A stretch of DNA of 64,000 nucleotides from contig CAWCKH010000002.1 of assembly GCA_963796055.1 (NCBI GenBank), forward strand, positions 128,001 through 192,000, written 5' to 3'. The stretch's first letter is position 1; the number at the start of each line of letters is the position of its first letter. The stretch comes from an uncultured delta proteobacterium. GTDB lineage: Bacteria; Myxococcota; Myxococcia; Myxococcales; Myxococcaceae. Under the pieces are notes generated by a model that was not told the DNA's origin, ran no database searches, and worked only from the letters and a program-made list of their open reading frames with translations. Positions 31,078 to 40,047 of the stretch are shown in pieces. Position numbers and translations under genes: made by a program.

Positions 31078-31815
31078 CTAGGCGGCGACGAACTGCTGCC
31101 CGCCGTCGATGTCGTAGGTCGCGCCGGTGAGGGCCGTGTTGGTCATGATGTGCACGGCGAGCGCGGCCACGTCGGCCGGTCCGACGACGCGCCGGATGGG
31201 AAGCGTGGCTCGAAGCTGATTGCGCCGTGCTTCGAGCCTCTCCCCGAGGATCGATGCCGACAACGGTGTGTCCACGAAGCCGGCGGCGATGAGGTTGACC
31301 CGGATGGGCGCGACCTCGAGCGCCAGGTTGGCGGTGAGGGCGGGGAGTGCGGCGGTGACCGCCGACGCGATCGCGAGGCCGAGAGCGGGGCGGCGGCCGC
31401 CCGTACCGCCCATGAACAGCAGGCTTCCGCCGGGCCTCACCTTCTTGGTGGCGTGGCGGGCGACCTGGAGCGCCAGCAACAGGTGCTCGCTGAGGGCGGC
31501 GCGCGCCTGCTCGAAGTCCATGTCCGCCAGGCGGACGTAGTGCGGACGGCCAGCCGTGACCATCACGTGGTCGACCGGTTTCGACAGCTCACCGAAGAAA
31601 CGCTCGAGCGCAGCCGCGTCGGAGGCATCGAAGGCCGAGGTGCTCGAGGCCTCGAGCTCGACCGCGGCTTGCTGCAGCCGCGCGGGATCCCGGGCGGTGA
31701 GGATCAGATCGGCCCCCTCGGTGCGGGCTCGTCGGGCCGTTTCGAGTCCGATGCCACCACTACCGCCGATCACGACGACGGTTTGCCCGAGCAGTTCCGG
31801 TTTGCGCTGAATCAT
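31078..31815 (-). CDS. Short-chain dehydrogenase/reductase (atypical)
   Basis: IGGSGGIG, PIRVNLIAAGFVDT and TGATYDIDGG. No canonical YxxxK. Confidence 0.9.
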   Translation of the reverse strand: MIQRKPELLGQTVVVIGGSGGIGLETARRARTEGADLILTARDPARLQQAAVELEASSTSAFDASDAAALERFFGELSKPVDHVMVTAGRPHYVRLADMDFEQARAALSEHLLLALQVARHATKKVRPGGSLLFMGGTGGRRPALGLAIASAVTAALPALTANLALEVAPIRVNLIAAGFVDTPLSASILGERLEARRNQLRATLPIRRVVGPADVAALAVHIMTNTALTGATYDIDGGQQFVAA

Positions 31816-32052
31816 GACTCCTCCACTGGTACGAGTCGGTTCGGACGCGAATGGATGGCCCGTCGAAGCAACGGGCTCGTATGCCGGTCAAGTCGCGACC
31901 AACGTCTCGAGAGGCAAACCGTGTTCCACGAGACATGGACCCCCCAACTGCGAGGGCAGCTCCAAGGAGTTGCGTCCCACCGGCCTCTGGCAGTGGAGTG
32001 CGTCCCTGGCGCGCCAGGACCGATCGACCCGAGGCGGCTGGAGGAGTCCGAC

Positions 32053-32979
32053 ATGTGCTGGTCGGGAGAGGCTTCGCTCGGAGTGGCCGCGGTCGGCGTG
32101 GCGGGCTCGCTCTGGGCGCGGCGTCGAGGTGCGCCCCTCGGGCGCTGGGCAACCCTCCTCTACTTCACCGGCATGGAGCTCCTGCAGGCGCTCACCTACA
32201 CGGTGATCGACCGCTGCGGACTTCCCTTCAACGTCTGGCTGACCCGGGTCAGCTACGTCCACATCTGCCTGCAGCCCTTCTTCATCAACTTGCTGGCGCT
32301 CTCCTTCGTCTCGCCGGAGATGGCCAGAAGAGCACGACCGTTCGTCCTGCTCGTCTGTTCGGCCGGGGCCCTGGTCATGCTCTCCAAGTTCTTCGTCCCC
32401 TCCCCCGACTGGGCCTGCAGTCCGGCCACGGTCTCGGTCTGCGGTTCGGACACCTGCAGCTACCACGGGGAGTGGCACATCGCCTGGCGGCTCTACCTCT
32501 CCGGGCTGGACAACAACTTCTATGTGTACTGGTTGCCGGCCTTCGCCCTTCCGCTCCTCTACGGCTCCTGGCGCTGGACGCTGTACCACGCGCTGGTGGG
32601 GCCGTTCGCCGCCTTCTTCCTGAGCTCCAACAAGGACGAGATCGTCGCAATCTGGTGCCTGACCTCGATCGGTTTCCTTCTCGCGATCCACGTGCCGGTG
32701 CTGGAGCACTGGCTGGAGTCGCCACGCCGGATTCGCGGGGCAGCCCACGGCGAGGGGTGGCTCCGGACGCTGGCGGGCGGCTTTGCGGGCACCGCTGCGT
32801 TCATCGGGGGCTACCTGCTCCTGCGCGTCCTCCGAGGAAGCGTCGTGCTCGATCCACGGCTCAGCATCGCGCTCTGCCTCGCCGCGGCGGTCCTGGCGAT
32901 CCACTTCGCCGGCCGCGCCAGGGCGGCATCGAGACACGAGCGACGGGACTGGGCACCGGCGCTGCGGGATCCCGCTTGA
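32053..32979 (+). CDS. DUF5765 family membrane protein with extra C-terminal helices
   Basis: MCWSGEAS, YFTGMELLQALTY, HICLQPFFIN, GEWHIAW and AIWCL. GAGGAG RBS. Confidence 0.8.
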   Translation: MCWSGEASLGVAAVGVAGSLWARRRGAPLGRWATLLYFTGMELLQALTYTVIDRCGLPFNVWLTRVSYVHICLQPFFINLLALSFVSPEMARRARPFVLLVCSAGALVMLSKFFVPSPDWACSPATVSVCGSDTCSYHGEWHIAWRLYLSGLDNNFYVYWLPAFALPLLYGSWRWTLYHALVGPFAAFFLSSNKDEIVAIWCLTSIGFLLAIHVPVLEHWLESPRRIRGAAHGEGWLRTLAGGFAGTAAFIGGYLLLRVLRGSVVLDPRLSIALCLAAAVLAIHFAGRARAASRHERRDWAPALRDPA

Positions 32980-33055
32980 GCGCCGGGGCTCGCTCCGGCG
33001 GCCTCTTGCCACCCTCCCCCACCGGGGATATCCAGTCCCGCCTCGAGGAGGATCG

Positions 33056-34222
33056 ATGACCCCGCCGGATCACCGCCAGGCAGTCGCCCGGACCCGCGAG
33101 ATCGCCGAGGCGACGATCTCCCCTGCAGCACACGAGCTCGACAGGGCAGGGAGCTTCCCCGCCGCCGCCGTTGCCGCGCTCGGAGAGGCCGGACTGCTGG
33201 CCCTCAACGTCCCCACCAGCTTCGGTGGGTCCGGCCTCGGCCCACGCGCCTTCGCGGAGGTCAACGCCATCCTCGCCGAGGCGGACCCGTCGGTGGCGAT
33301 GGTGTACATGATGCACGTCTGCGCCAGCGAGGTGGTCGTCGCCGGCGCCAGGACGACCCGGAGCCCGGTCTTTGAGACGGCGCTCGCGGACATGGCCCGA
33401 GGCAAGCACCTGACCACCCTGGCCTTCAGCGAGGCCGGGTCGCGGAGTCATTTCTGGGCGCCCCTCTCCAGGGCCTCCCGTGGCGCGGGCGGCGTTCGGC
33501 TGAACGCCAAGAAGTCCTGGGTCACCAGCGCCGGAGTCGCAGACAGCTACGTGGTCACGACCCTCTCGCCCGAGGCGAAGGGCCCCACGGACTCGACGCT
33601 GTACCTCGTGCCGAAGTCCGCGACCGGGATGCGCGTCACCGCGCCATGGGACGGCCTGGGGCTGCGCGCGACCGCATCGTCTCCCATGACCCTCGAGGCG
33701 GTGGAGGTGAGCGACGACCGCCGGCTCACCGAGGAGGGCGGTGGCTTCGCCGCCAAGCTGAACGTCGTCCTGCCCTGGTTCAATCTGGCCAGCGCCACCG
33801 TTTCGCTCGGAATCTGCAGGGCGGTGGTGGCAGCGACCGTCACTCATCTGAAGACGAGCAAGTTCGAGCATCTGGGCAACACCTCGCTCGGCGAGGCGCT
33901 TCCCACGCTGCGCCAGATGCTGGCCCAGATGCAGATCGACACCGACGGCCTCGCGCACCGGATCGACGAGTGCGTACGCGCGCTCGAGAGCCCTGGCCCG
34001 GAGACGATGCTTCGCGTCCTGGAGGTGAAGGCCGCTGCCGGGGAGACCGCGATCCGGGTGACCTCCAGCGCGATGCACGCCTGCGGTGGCGCTGCCTTCT
34101 CCAGGCACACCTCCATCGAGCGCTACTTTCGCGATGCCCACGCCGGCTCGGTCATGGCGCCAACCGTGGACGTCCTGCGCGAGTTCATCGGCAAGTCGCT
34201 CCTCGGCATCCCGCTGTTCTGA
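33056..34222 (+). CDS. Acyl-CoA dehydrogenase family protein (FadE16-like, atypical)
   Basis: LAFSEAGSRSHFW, KSWVTSA, WDGLGLR, GGAAFS and IERYFRDA..VMAPT. Confidence 0.9.
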   Translation: MTPPDHRQAVARTREIAEATISPAAHELDRAGSFPAAAVAALGEAGLLALNVPTSFGGSGLGPRAFAEVNAILAEADPSVAMVYMMHVCASEVVVAGARTTRSPVFETALADMARGKHLTTLAFSEAGSRSHFWAPLSRASRGAGGVRLNAKKSWVTSAGVADSYVVTTLSPEAKGPTDSTLYLVPKSATGMRVTAPWDGLGLRATASSPMTLEAVEVSDDRRLTEEGGGFAAKLNVVLPWFNLASATVSLGICRAVVAATVTHLKTSKFEHLGNTSLGEALPTLRQMLAQMQIDTDGLAHRIDECVRALESPGPETMLRVLEVKAAAGETAIRVTSSAMHACGGAAFSRHTSIERYFRDAHAGSVMAPTVDVLREFIGKSLLGIPLF

Positions 34223-34233
34223 ACACGCTGCCC

Positions 34234-35055
34234 ATGCTCGAGACCATCACCGTCGGCGCCGTGGCGTACGATCCGAAGGTCGTCGGGATCTGGGAGGGCA
34301 TGCGGAAGTACTTCCGCGATGACGCCAGGATCCCGGTCGAGGTCGTGCTGTACCTAAGTTACGAGGCACAGGTCGCCGCGCTGCTTGCTGGGCGCATCGA
34401 CATCGCCTGGAACACCAACCTCGCCTATCTGCAGTGCGACCACCTCAGCCGGGGGGCGTGCAACCCACTGGCAATGCGGGACACCGACCTCGCGTGGTGG
34501 ACCGAAATCGTGGTTCGCACCGGGGCCGGCATCGGCCAGCTGTCGGACCTCCGCGGAAAGCGGGTTGCGCTCGGGAGCCGTGACAGCGGGCACGCAGCGA
34601 TACTTCCGGTCCACTTCCTCGCCCAGGCAGGGCTGGTCGAGGGCCGGGACTACCAGTCGCTCCGCTTCGACACCGACCTCGGGAAGCATGGAGACACCGG
34701 GACGAGCGAGGTCGACGTGCTCAGGGCCGTCCTCAGCGGCGAGGCCGATGCGGGCGCGGTGGGCAGCCCCTTCTGGGCGGGCGTCCACTCGGGTCAGCTG
34801 GTCCCGACCGGAGCCGTCAAGTCCATCTGGTCGTCTCCGCACTACCACCACTGCATGTTCACCGCTCGGGTCGGGCTTCCTACCGAGGACGCGACGCGCT
34901 TCACCGACGCACTCTTCGGGATGAACGGCGTGCCGCGGCTGCGGCCCATCCTCGATGCCGAGGGGCTCAAGGAGTGGGTGCCCCCGCGCACCGAGGGGTA
35001 CGGCTCGCTCCGCGAGGCGGCGCTCCGGCAAGGCTTCTTCGCACGGTCGGGCTGA
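34234..35055 (+). CDS. PhnD/SsuA-fold substrate-binding-like protein without signal peptide
   Basis: GAVAYDPKVV, IDIAWNTNLA, MRDTD, DLRGKRVALGSRDS, GKHGDTG and YHHCMF. Confidence 0.85.
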   Translation: MLETITVGAVAYDPKVVGIWEGMRKYFRDDARIPVEVVLYLSYEAQVAALLAGRIDIAWNTNLAYLQCDHLSRGACNPLAMRDTDLAWWTEIVVRTGAGIGQLSDLRGKRVALGSRDSGHAAILPVHFLAQAGLVEGRDYQSLRFDTDLGKHGDTGTSEVDVLRAVLSGEADAGAVGSPFWAGVHSGQLVPTGAVKSIWSSPHYHHCMFTARVGLPTEDATRFTDALFGMNGVPRLRPILDAEGLKEWVPPRTEGYGSLREAALRQGFFARSG

Positions 35056-36087
35056 ATGGGATCCCAGCACCGGGCGGTCGAGGTTCGAGCGGGCGCGAAG
35101 GATTTTTCCACCGGCCTGCTGAATGACCTGCTCGCTGCGTTCCAGGGCCTCGCCGACGGCGACCTCCTCACGCTGCACGGCCCTGGTCGTCTCGGACCCG
35201 ACCTCGACCGCTGGGCTCGCTTCACCGGGAACGCCATCGTCGAGGTGAGCGCCGAAGGCGAGACGAGCCGATTCCTCCTCCGCAAGGGCGCGCCGCGCTC
35301 GTACGAGGAGGCGCCGGTCATCGGTTCGCGACTCTGGCTCTACTCCAACTTCGACTGCAACCTCGCCTGTGACTACTGCTGTGTGCGCTCCTCCCCGCGG
35401 GCAGAACCCAGGGCGCTCTCGCTCGAGGACGTCCAGCGCGCAGCCGCCGAGGCGCCCGGTGCCGGGGTCCGGGAGCTCTTCGTCACTGGCGGCGAGCCGT
35501 TTCTCCGGTCGGACATCGCCGAGGTGCTCCTGGCCTGTGCGCGGGCTCTCCCGACGACCGTGCTGACCAACGGGCTTCTCTTTGCCGGAAGGCGCCGGAT
35601 TGCCCTCCGCGAGATCCCGCGCGACCGCATCGTCTTGCAGATCAGCCTCGACAGCCCCACCCCCGCACTCCACGACCGGCATCGCGGAGAGGGAACCTGG
35701 GAGAAGACCCGGGCCGGGATCGCCATCGCCCGCGAGGAAGGATTCCGCGTCCGGCTGGCCGCGACCGTCGCTGACGCTCAGGCCGAGCAGGCGTTCCGGG
35801 CGTTCGTCGAGAGAGAGGGCATCGTCGAGGAAGACTGCGTTCTGCGTCGCGTCGCGCTGCGGGGCTTCGCCGAGGAGGGGGTGGCCCTGTCGCGGTCGGA
35901 CCTGGTGCCGGAGGTGACGCTCACCCGGGCAGGCATCTACTGGCACCCGGTCGGGGCGACGGATCAGGACTTCTTCGTCACCGCGCGGTCCTTCCCGCTC
36001 GTCGAGGCGATCGAGGCAGTGAGGCTCGCCTTCGCCGACGAGCGCCGCTTCGCCACCTCGCTGGCCAGCGTGTTCCGGTGCGCCTAG
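35056..36087 (+). CDS. Radical SAM protein with N-terminal TusA/SirA-like domain
   Basis: NFDCNLACDYCC (CxxxCxxC), TGGEPF, LTNG and QISLD. N-terminal DLDRWARFTGN...FLLRKG. Ends FRCA. Confidence 0.92.
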   Translation: MGSQHRAVEVRAGAKDFSTGLLNDLLAAFQGLADGDLLTLHGPGRLGPDLDRWARFTGNAIVEVSAEGETSRFLLRKGAPRSYEEAPVIGSRLWLYSNFDCNLACDYCCVRSSPRAEPRALSLEDVQRAAAEAPGAGVRELFVTGGEPFLRSDIAEVLLACARALPTTVLTNGLLFAGRRRIALREIPRDRIVLQISLDSPTPALHDRHRGEGTWEKTRAGIAIAREEGFRVRLAATVADAQAEQAFRAFVEREGIVEEDCVLRRVALRGFAEEGVALSRSDLVPEVTLTRAGIYWHPVGATDQDFFVTARSFPLVEAIEAVRLAFADERRFATSLASVFRCA

Positions 36088-36132
36088 CTCGTTTCGGTTG
36101 TAGAAGCCGAAAGAAGTGAAAGGAGGGCTCCT

Positions 36133-36615
36133 TTGGACGACCATGCAACGGAGACGCTCGGGGTTTCCCGCGGGCGTGCGCTGGCGGTACTGCGTGTGGC
36201 GCTAGGGGCGCTGTTCGTCTGGGTCTTCTTCGAGAACCTGGGAAAGGGCGCCTACACACCTGCGGGGTACAAGGGAGTCATCGACTACTACGTGAAGAAT
36301 GGCCACTCGCCCGCGATCTGGAAGGCGCTCATCTCGGTGGCCGCAGCCAACGCGCGCATCGTCGCGCCACTGCAGGCCATGACGGAGCTCGGGTTCGGGG
36401 TGCTCCTGGTGATGGGCACCGCCACCCGCGTGGTCGCCGCCGCCGCCGGAGCGTTCCTTTTCACCCTCTGGGTATCGGAGCTCGGCACCGCCTGGATCTG
36501 GGAGCTGGCCATTCCCGTCGTCCTCGCATTCTGTCTCGCCTGGGCGCGGGCCGGACGCACCTGGGGCGTGGACGCCGTGCTGACACGTCGGAATCCAGGG
36601 TGGCGTCTCGGATGA
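36133..36615 (+). CDS. DoxX/DoxD-like membrane protein
   Basis: LRVALGALFV, ELGFGVLLVMG and GRTWGVDA; TTG start after AAGGAG. Confidence 0.8.
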   Translation: MDDHATETLGVSRGRALAVLRVALGALFVWVFFENLGKGAYTPAGYKGVIDYYVKNGHSPAIWKALISVAAANARIVAPLQAMTELGFGVLLVMGTATRVVAAAAGAFLFTLWVSELGTAWIWELAIPVVLAFCLAWARAGRTWGVDAVLTRRNPGWRLG

Positions 36616-37340
36616 GCTCGACGGGGATGCGCGTCAGCGTCGTCATCCCCACGTACAACGAGGCCGGCTCGATCGCGCGCGTCCTGGACGACATCCCCGC
36701 GTCGCTGGTCACCGAGGTGCTGCTGGTCGATGCAGGCTCGACCGACGGGACGCGCGAGATCGCCGCTGCACGTGGCGCCCGCGTGATCGTCGAGCCTCGC
36801 CGCGGGTACGGTCGCGCCTGCCTGACCGGCCTCGCCGCGGCCAACGACCCCGAGACCGTCGTGTTCCTCGACGGGGATTACAGTGACCGGCCTGCCGAGC
36901 TGGGCCGCCTGCTCGACCCGATCCGGGCAGGCAACGCAGACATCGTCCTCGGTTCGCGGCTGGCGGGCGGCCTCGTGGCCGGCGCGATGCCCTGGCACGC
37001 CGTGTTCGGAAACCGCCTCGCGGCGACCCTGATCCGATGGCTGTACGGCATCTCGCTGACCGATCTCGGGCCGTTCCGGGCCGCGCGCTGCGAGGTGCTG
37101 CGGGCGCTCGAGCTGCGCGAGATGACCTACGGCTGGGCGGTCGAGCTGGTGACGCGCGGTGCGATGCGGGGATATCGGGTGATGGAGGTCCCGGTCAGCT
37201 ACCATCCGCGCATCGGTGTCTCGAAGATCAGCGGAACGTTGCGAGGCTCGACCGGCGCCGCCTGGTGCATCATGACGGGCATCGTGAAGAACCGGCTGCG
37301 TGCCGCGACGAGTCCGGCCGAACCGGGACAGGCGACATGA
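36612..37340 (+). CDS. GT2 glycosyltransferase (polyprenol-phosphate glycosyltransferase-like)
   Basis: SVVIPTYNEA, DAGSTDGT, RGYGRAC, FLDGDYSD, TDLGPFRA and SKISG. ATGA overlap with DoxX. Confidence 0.93.
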   Translation: MSSTGMRVSVVIPTYNEAGSIARVLDDIPASLVTEVLLVDAGSTDGTREIAAARGARVIVEPRRGYGRACLTGLAAANDPETVVFLDGDYSDRPAELGRLLDPIRAGNADIVLGSRLAGGLVAGAMPWHAVFGNRLAATLIRWLYGISLTDLGPFRAARCEVLRALELREMTYGWAVELVTRGAMRGYRVMEVPVSYHPRIGVSKISGTLRGSTGAAWCIMTGIVKNRLRAATSPAEPGQAT

Positions 37341-38059
37341 GCCGTCGCGGGCCCGATCACCGAACGGAAGGCGCCCGCGGCGCGGTGGTGGTCATGGCGA
37401 AAGCTCCCCGGGAAGGTTTCGTGAAGACGAGACTGACCGGCGCGTACCCGGCGCGCGACGTCGTCCAGCTCGCCGACTGCATGCTGCGCGATACCCTGGC
37501 GCTGGTCCAGCAGCTTCCTCGCGTCCACGTGGCCGTGATGTGCCCCTCCGAAGACGTGGGCGCCGTCGAGGCCCGATTGCCAGCGGGCATCCACGTCGTC
37601 GGCCAGCGCGGCAACGGCCTCGCGGCTGGGCTCGTTTCCGCCTTCGAACGCTTCATCCCGAACTTCCGCCGCGTCGTCGCCGTCGACAGCGACAGTCCGC
37701 AGCTGCCACTGGCGTGCCTCGAGTCGGCATTCGACCTTCTCGAGAAGAACGAGGTGGTGGTGGGACCGACCGAGGACGGCGGCTACTATCTCGTCGGCGC
37801 GTCGGCGATGCACCCACGCCTCTTCGAGCTGGCGCCGCTCGGCACCGGCAACGCTCGCGATGCCCTCGTCGGGAACGCGCGTGCGCTTGGATTGTCGGTG
37901 GCCTTCACCGAGACCGGGTACGACGTCGACGACCCGGCGGACCTGCGCCGGCTCGCCGCCGAGCTGCGCATCGAACCCGCGCGAGCGCCCCGCACCGCCG
38001 CGCTGCTCGCGTCGTGGCGACCAGGCTCGGACGCTCACGACGACGAGCGCACCGGATGA
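37337..38059 (+). CDS. DUF2064 / CofC-like GT-A transferase (TIGR04282-like)
   Basis: VMAKAP..G.VKTRL, DSDSPQL, VVGPTEDGGYYLVG and YDVDDPADL. ATGA overlap with GT2. Confidence 0.88.
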   Translation: MSRRGPDHRTEGARGAVVVMAKAPREGFVKTRLTGAYPARDVVQLADCMLRDTLALVQQLPRVHVAVMCPSEDVGAVEARLPAGIHVVGQRGNGLAAGLVSAFERFIPNFRRVVAVDSDSPQLPLACLESAFDLLEKNEVVVGPTEDGGYYLVGASAMHPRLFELAPLGTGNARDALVGNARALGLSVAFTETGYDVDDPADLRRLAAELRIEPARAPRTAALLASWRPGSDAHDDERTG

Positions 38060-38072
38060 GGTGACGACGCCG

Positions 38073-39359
38073 ATGCGCGTCAGCGTTGGAAGATGGGCCG
38101 GAGGCGGCCTCCTCGGCCTTGCGCTCCTGACCTTCGGTCTGGTTCGACCCGACGACGGCTCGGCCCCATTCTTCGTCCTGCTCGCACTGGCGGCGGTCGG
38201 CTACCTCGCAACGCTGTATCAGGTCGCGAACGGGCTGTGGCCTTCCGGGCGCACGTTGATCGTCTGCGCCGCGCTGGCTCTGGCCTGGCGCGTCCCCATG
38301 CTGCTCGCGCCTCCTGAACCCGCCGCTGACCTTCGCCGCTACATCTGGGACGCCCACCTCCTCCGCGCAGGCCTCAGCCCCTATGCGGTGGTTCCAGCCG
38401 ACCCGACGTTCGCGCACCTGCGGACCGGCGAGAACTGGCCCTTGAACAATTCCGACGTGCCGAGTCCCTATCCTCCGGGCGCGCAGCTCTTCTTCCTCGC
38501 CGCGACGATGCTCGGCGAGTCGGCGCGAGCCATCAAGCTGGCCGCCCTCCTGTGCGACGCACTCCTGGCGCTCGTCGTCTGGCGATCGCTCGTGGTCGCC
38601 GGCGCGAATCCGGGCTGGGTGCTCGCGTATCTCTGGAGCCCTCTCGTTTCGCTCGAGGTCGCCCGTCACGGGCACCTCGACGTGGTCGGCGCGCTCCTGG
38701 TCGCCTTCGCTGCGTTCGCGCTCGCGCGCGGCCGGGCGCTGGTCGGCAGCGTCGCCTTCGCGCTGTCAGTCGCGGTGAAGCCTCTGCCGTTCGTTCTCTT
38801 GCCGCTACTCTGGCGCCGCGTCTCGGTCCGGCACGTCGTCGCCGGAGTCACCGTGCTGCTGGCCCTCTACCTGCCCTTCTGGGACCGCCGCCACCTGCCC
38901 ATCGGGTCCGTCCCGGAGGTGGTCGACCGCTTTCGCTTCAACGGGCCCATCTTCTCGGTGGTCGCAGCGCTCGCAGGCCCTGCGGCGGCGACGGGGTTCG
39001 CGGTCGCCGCCGGGCTGGCGGTCGCGGTCTGGGCACGCCGCCGGCTCTCGCTGGCGTCGCCTCAGGCGTGGGCATGGCCGATGGCGGCGACGCTCCTGGG
39101 TGCGCCGCTGGTGTACCCCTGGTACCTCGTCTGGCTCGCGCCGTTTCTCGTCACGCCGCAGACCATGCCGCTGACGATCTGGACGATCTCGATCCTCGGC
39201 ACCTACGTCGTCTGGAAGCTCGTCGGCGTCCCCTGGGCGGTGCCGGCCTGGGCACTCGTGGTCGAGTACGGAGCGCTGCTCGGAGCTGCTCTGTGGCTGT
39301 GGCGAAGAACAGGCCGGCTCACTTCGCCTCCATCCAGGCATCTGACCCCGCCAGCTTGA
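38073..39359 (+). CDS. Polytopic GT-C glycosyltransferase (GT87/DUF2029-like)
   Basis: DLRRYIWDA...SPY, PYPPGAQLFF, YLWSPL..E....GHLD, FNG and VYPWY; many TM helices. Start at 38061 or 38073. Confidence 0.85.
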   Translation: MRVSVGRWAGGGLLGLALLTFGLVRPDDGSAPFFVLLALAAVGYLATLYQVANGLWPSGRTLIVCAALALAWRVPMLLAPPEPAADLRRYIWDAHLLRAGLSPYAVVPADPTFAHLRTGENWPLNNSDVPSPYPPGAQLFFLAATMLGESARAIKLAALLCDALLALVVWRSLVVAGANPGWVLAYLWSPLVSLEVARHGHLDVVGALLVAFAAFALARGRALVGSVAFALSVAVKPLPFVLLPLLWRRVSVRHVVAGVTVLLALYLPFWDRRHLPIGSVPEVVDRFRFNGPIFSVVAALAGPAAATGFAVAAGLAVAVWARRRLSLASPQAWAWPMAATLLGAPLVYPWYLVWLAPFLVTPQTMPLTIWTISILGTYVVWKLVGVPWAVPAWALVVEYGALLGAALWLWRRTGRLTSPPSRHLTPPA

Positions 39360-40047
39360 CCGCCACGTTCGAGAGGGATTCCGTGAACGGGTGGCCGTCG
39401 GCCTTTCCGCGGTGCTGGGTCGAGACAAGCAAGGGTCCGGCCTTCTTGTAGCCCTCCCAGGTCGCCAGGACCACGCTCGGCTTCGCCGTTCCCCCGTGGT
39501 GAAATTCGAGCTCGTGAATCCGGTTGTCGGGAGCGGCGAAGATCGCCCAAGTGTCACCCGGCAAGTAGCCGCCGCTGGACGGATACTTCACCACGACCTT
39601 CCTGGCCTTGCCCTTCCCAAGCGGCAGCTTCTGCATGCCGGCATCCTCGATGGTCGCGCCGGTATCCCAGATGAGATGGAACGGAAACAGCAGCCAGTAC
39701 TGATCGTTGAAGAACCCGGGATCGACCATCTCCTTCACGAACGCGCTCTGGCTCGCAAGCTGCGAGCGCGAATACGTGATCTTGACGGGCTTGCCGGCAT
39801 TGTCTGGCCCGTCGTAGGTGATCGTGTCGGTCTTCGGCTCCCAGATCCACGAGCGGTGGAGCTTCAGCTTGCCCGCATCGAGGGTGAACGTGTAGCGGAT
39901 CGCCTCGACTTGATCCCACGCATCGATCCCGTAGGTCTTGGCAATCTGGTCGGCGATCGGCGGGCGCTGCTGCGCCGACGCAGGTGGTACGAGACAAAGC
40001 ACTCCGATCAACAGCGCACCGATCACCGAAACGCTGCTCGCTTTCAT
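39319..40047 (-). CDS. Secreted hypothetical protein
   Basis: Signal peptide; KTYGIDAW, FFNDQYWLLFPF and GGYLPGD. 3' end overlaps the convergent GT-C gene by 41 bp. Confidence 0.8.
   Translation of the reverse strand: MKASSVSVIGALLIGVLCLVPPASAQQRPPIADQIAKTYGIDAWDQVEAIRYTFTLDAGKLKLHRSWIWEPKTDTITYDGPDNAGKPVKITYSRSQLASQSAFVKEMVDPGFFNDQYWLLFPFHLIWDTGATIEDAGMQKLPLGKGKARKVVVKYPSSGGYLPGDTWAIFAAPDNRIHELEFHHGGTAKPSVVLATWEGYKKAGPLLVSTQHRGKADGHPFTESLSNVAVKLAGSDAWMEAK

Noticed and set aside
36085..36112. TAG followed by a hairpin as possible pyrrolysine readthrough
   Set aside because: The frame closes again within a few codons, and no pyl genes are visible.
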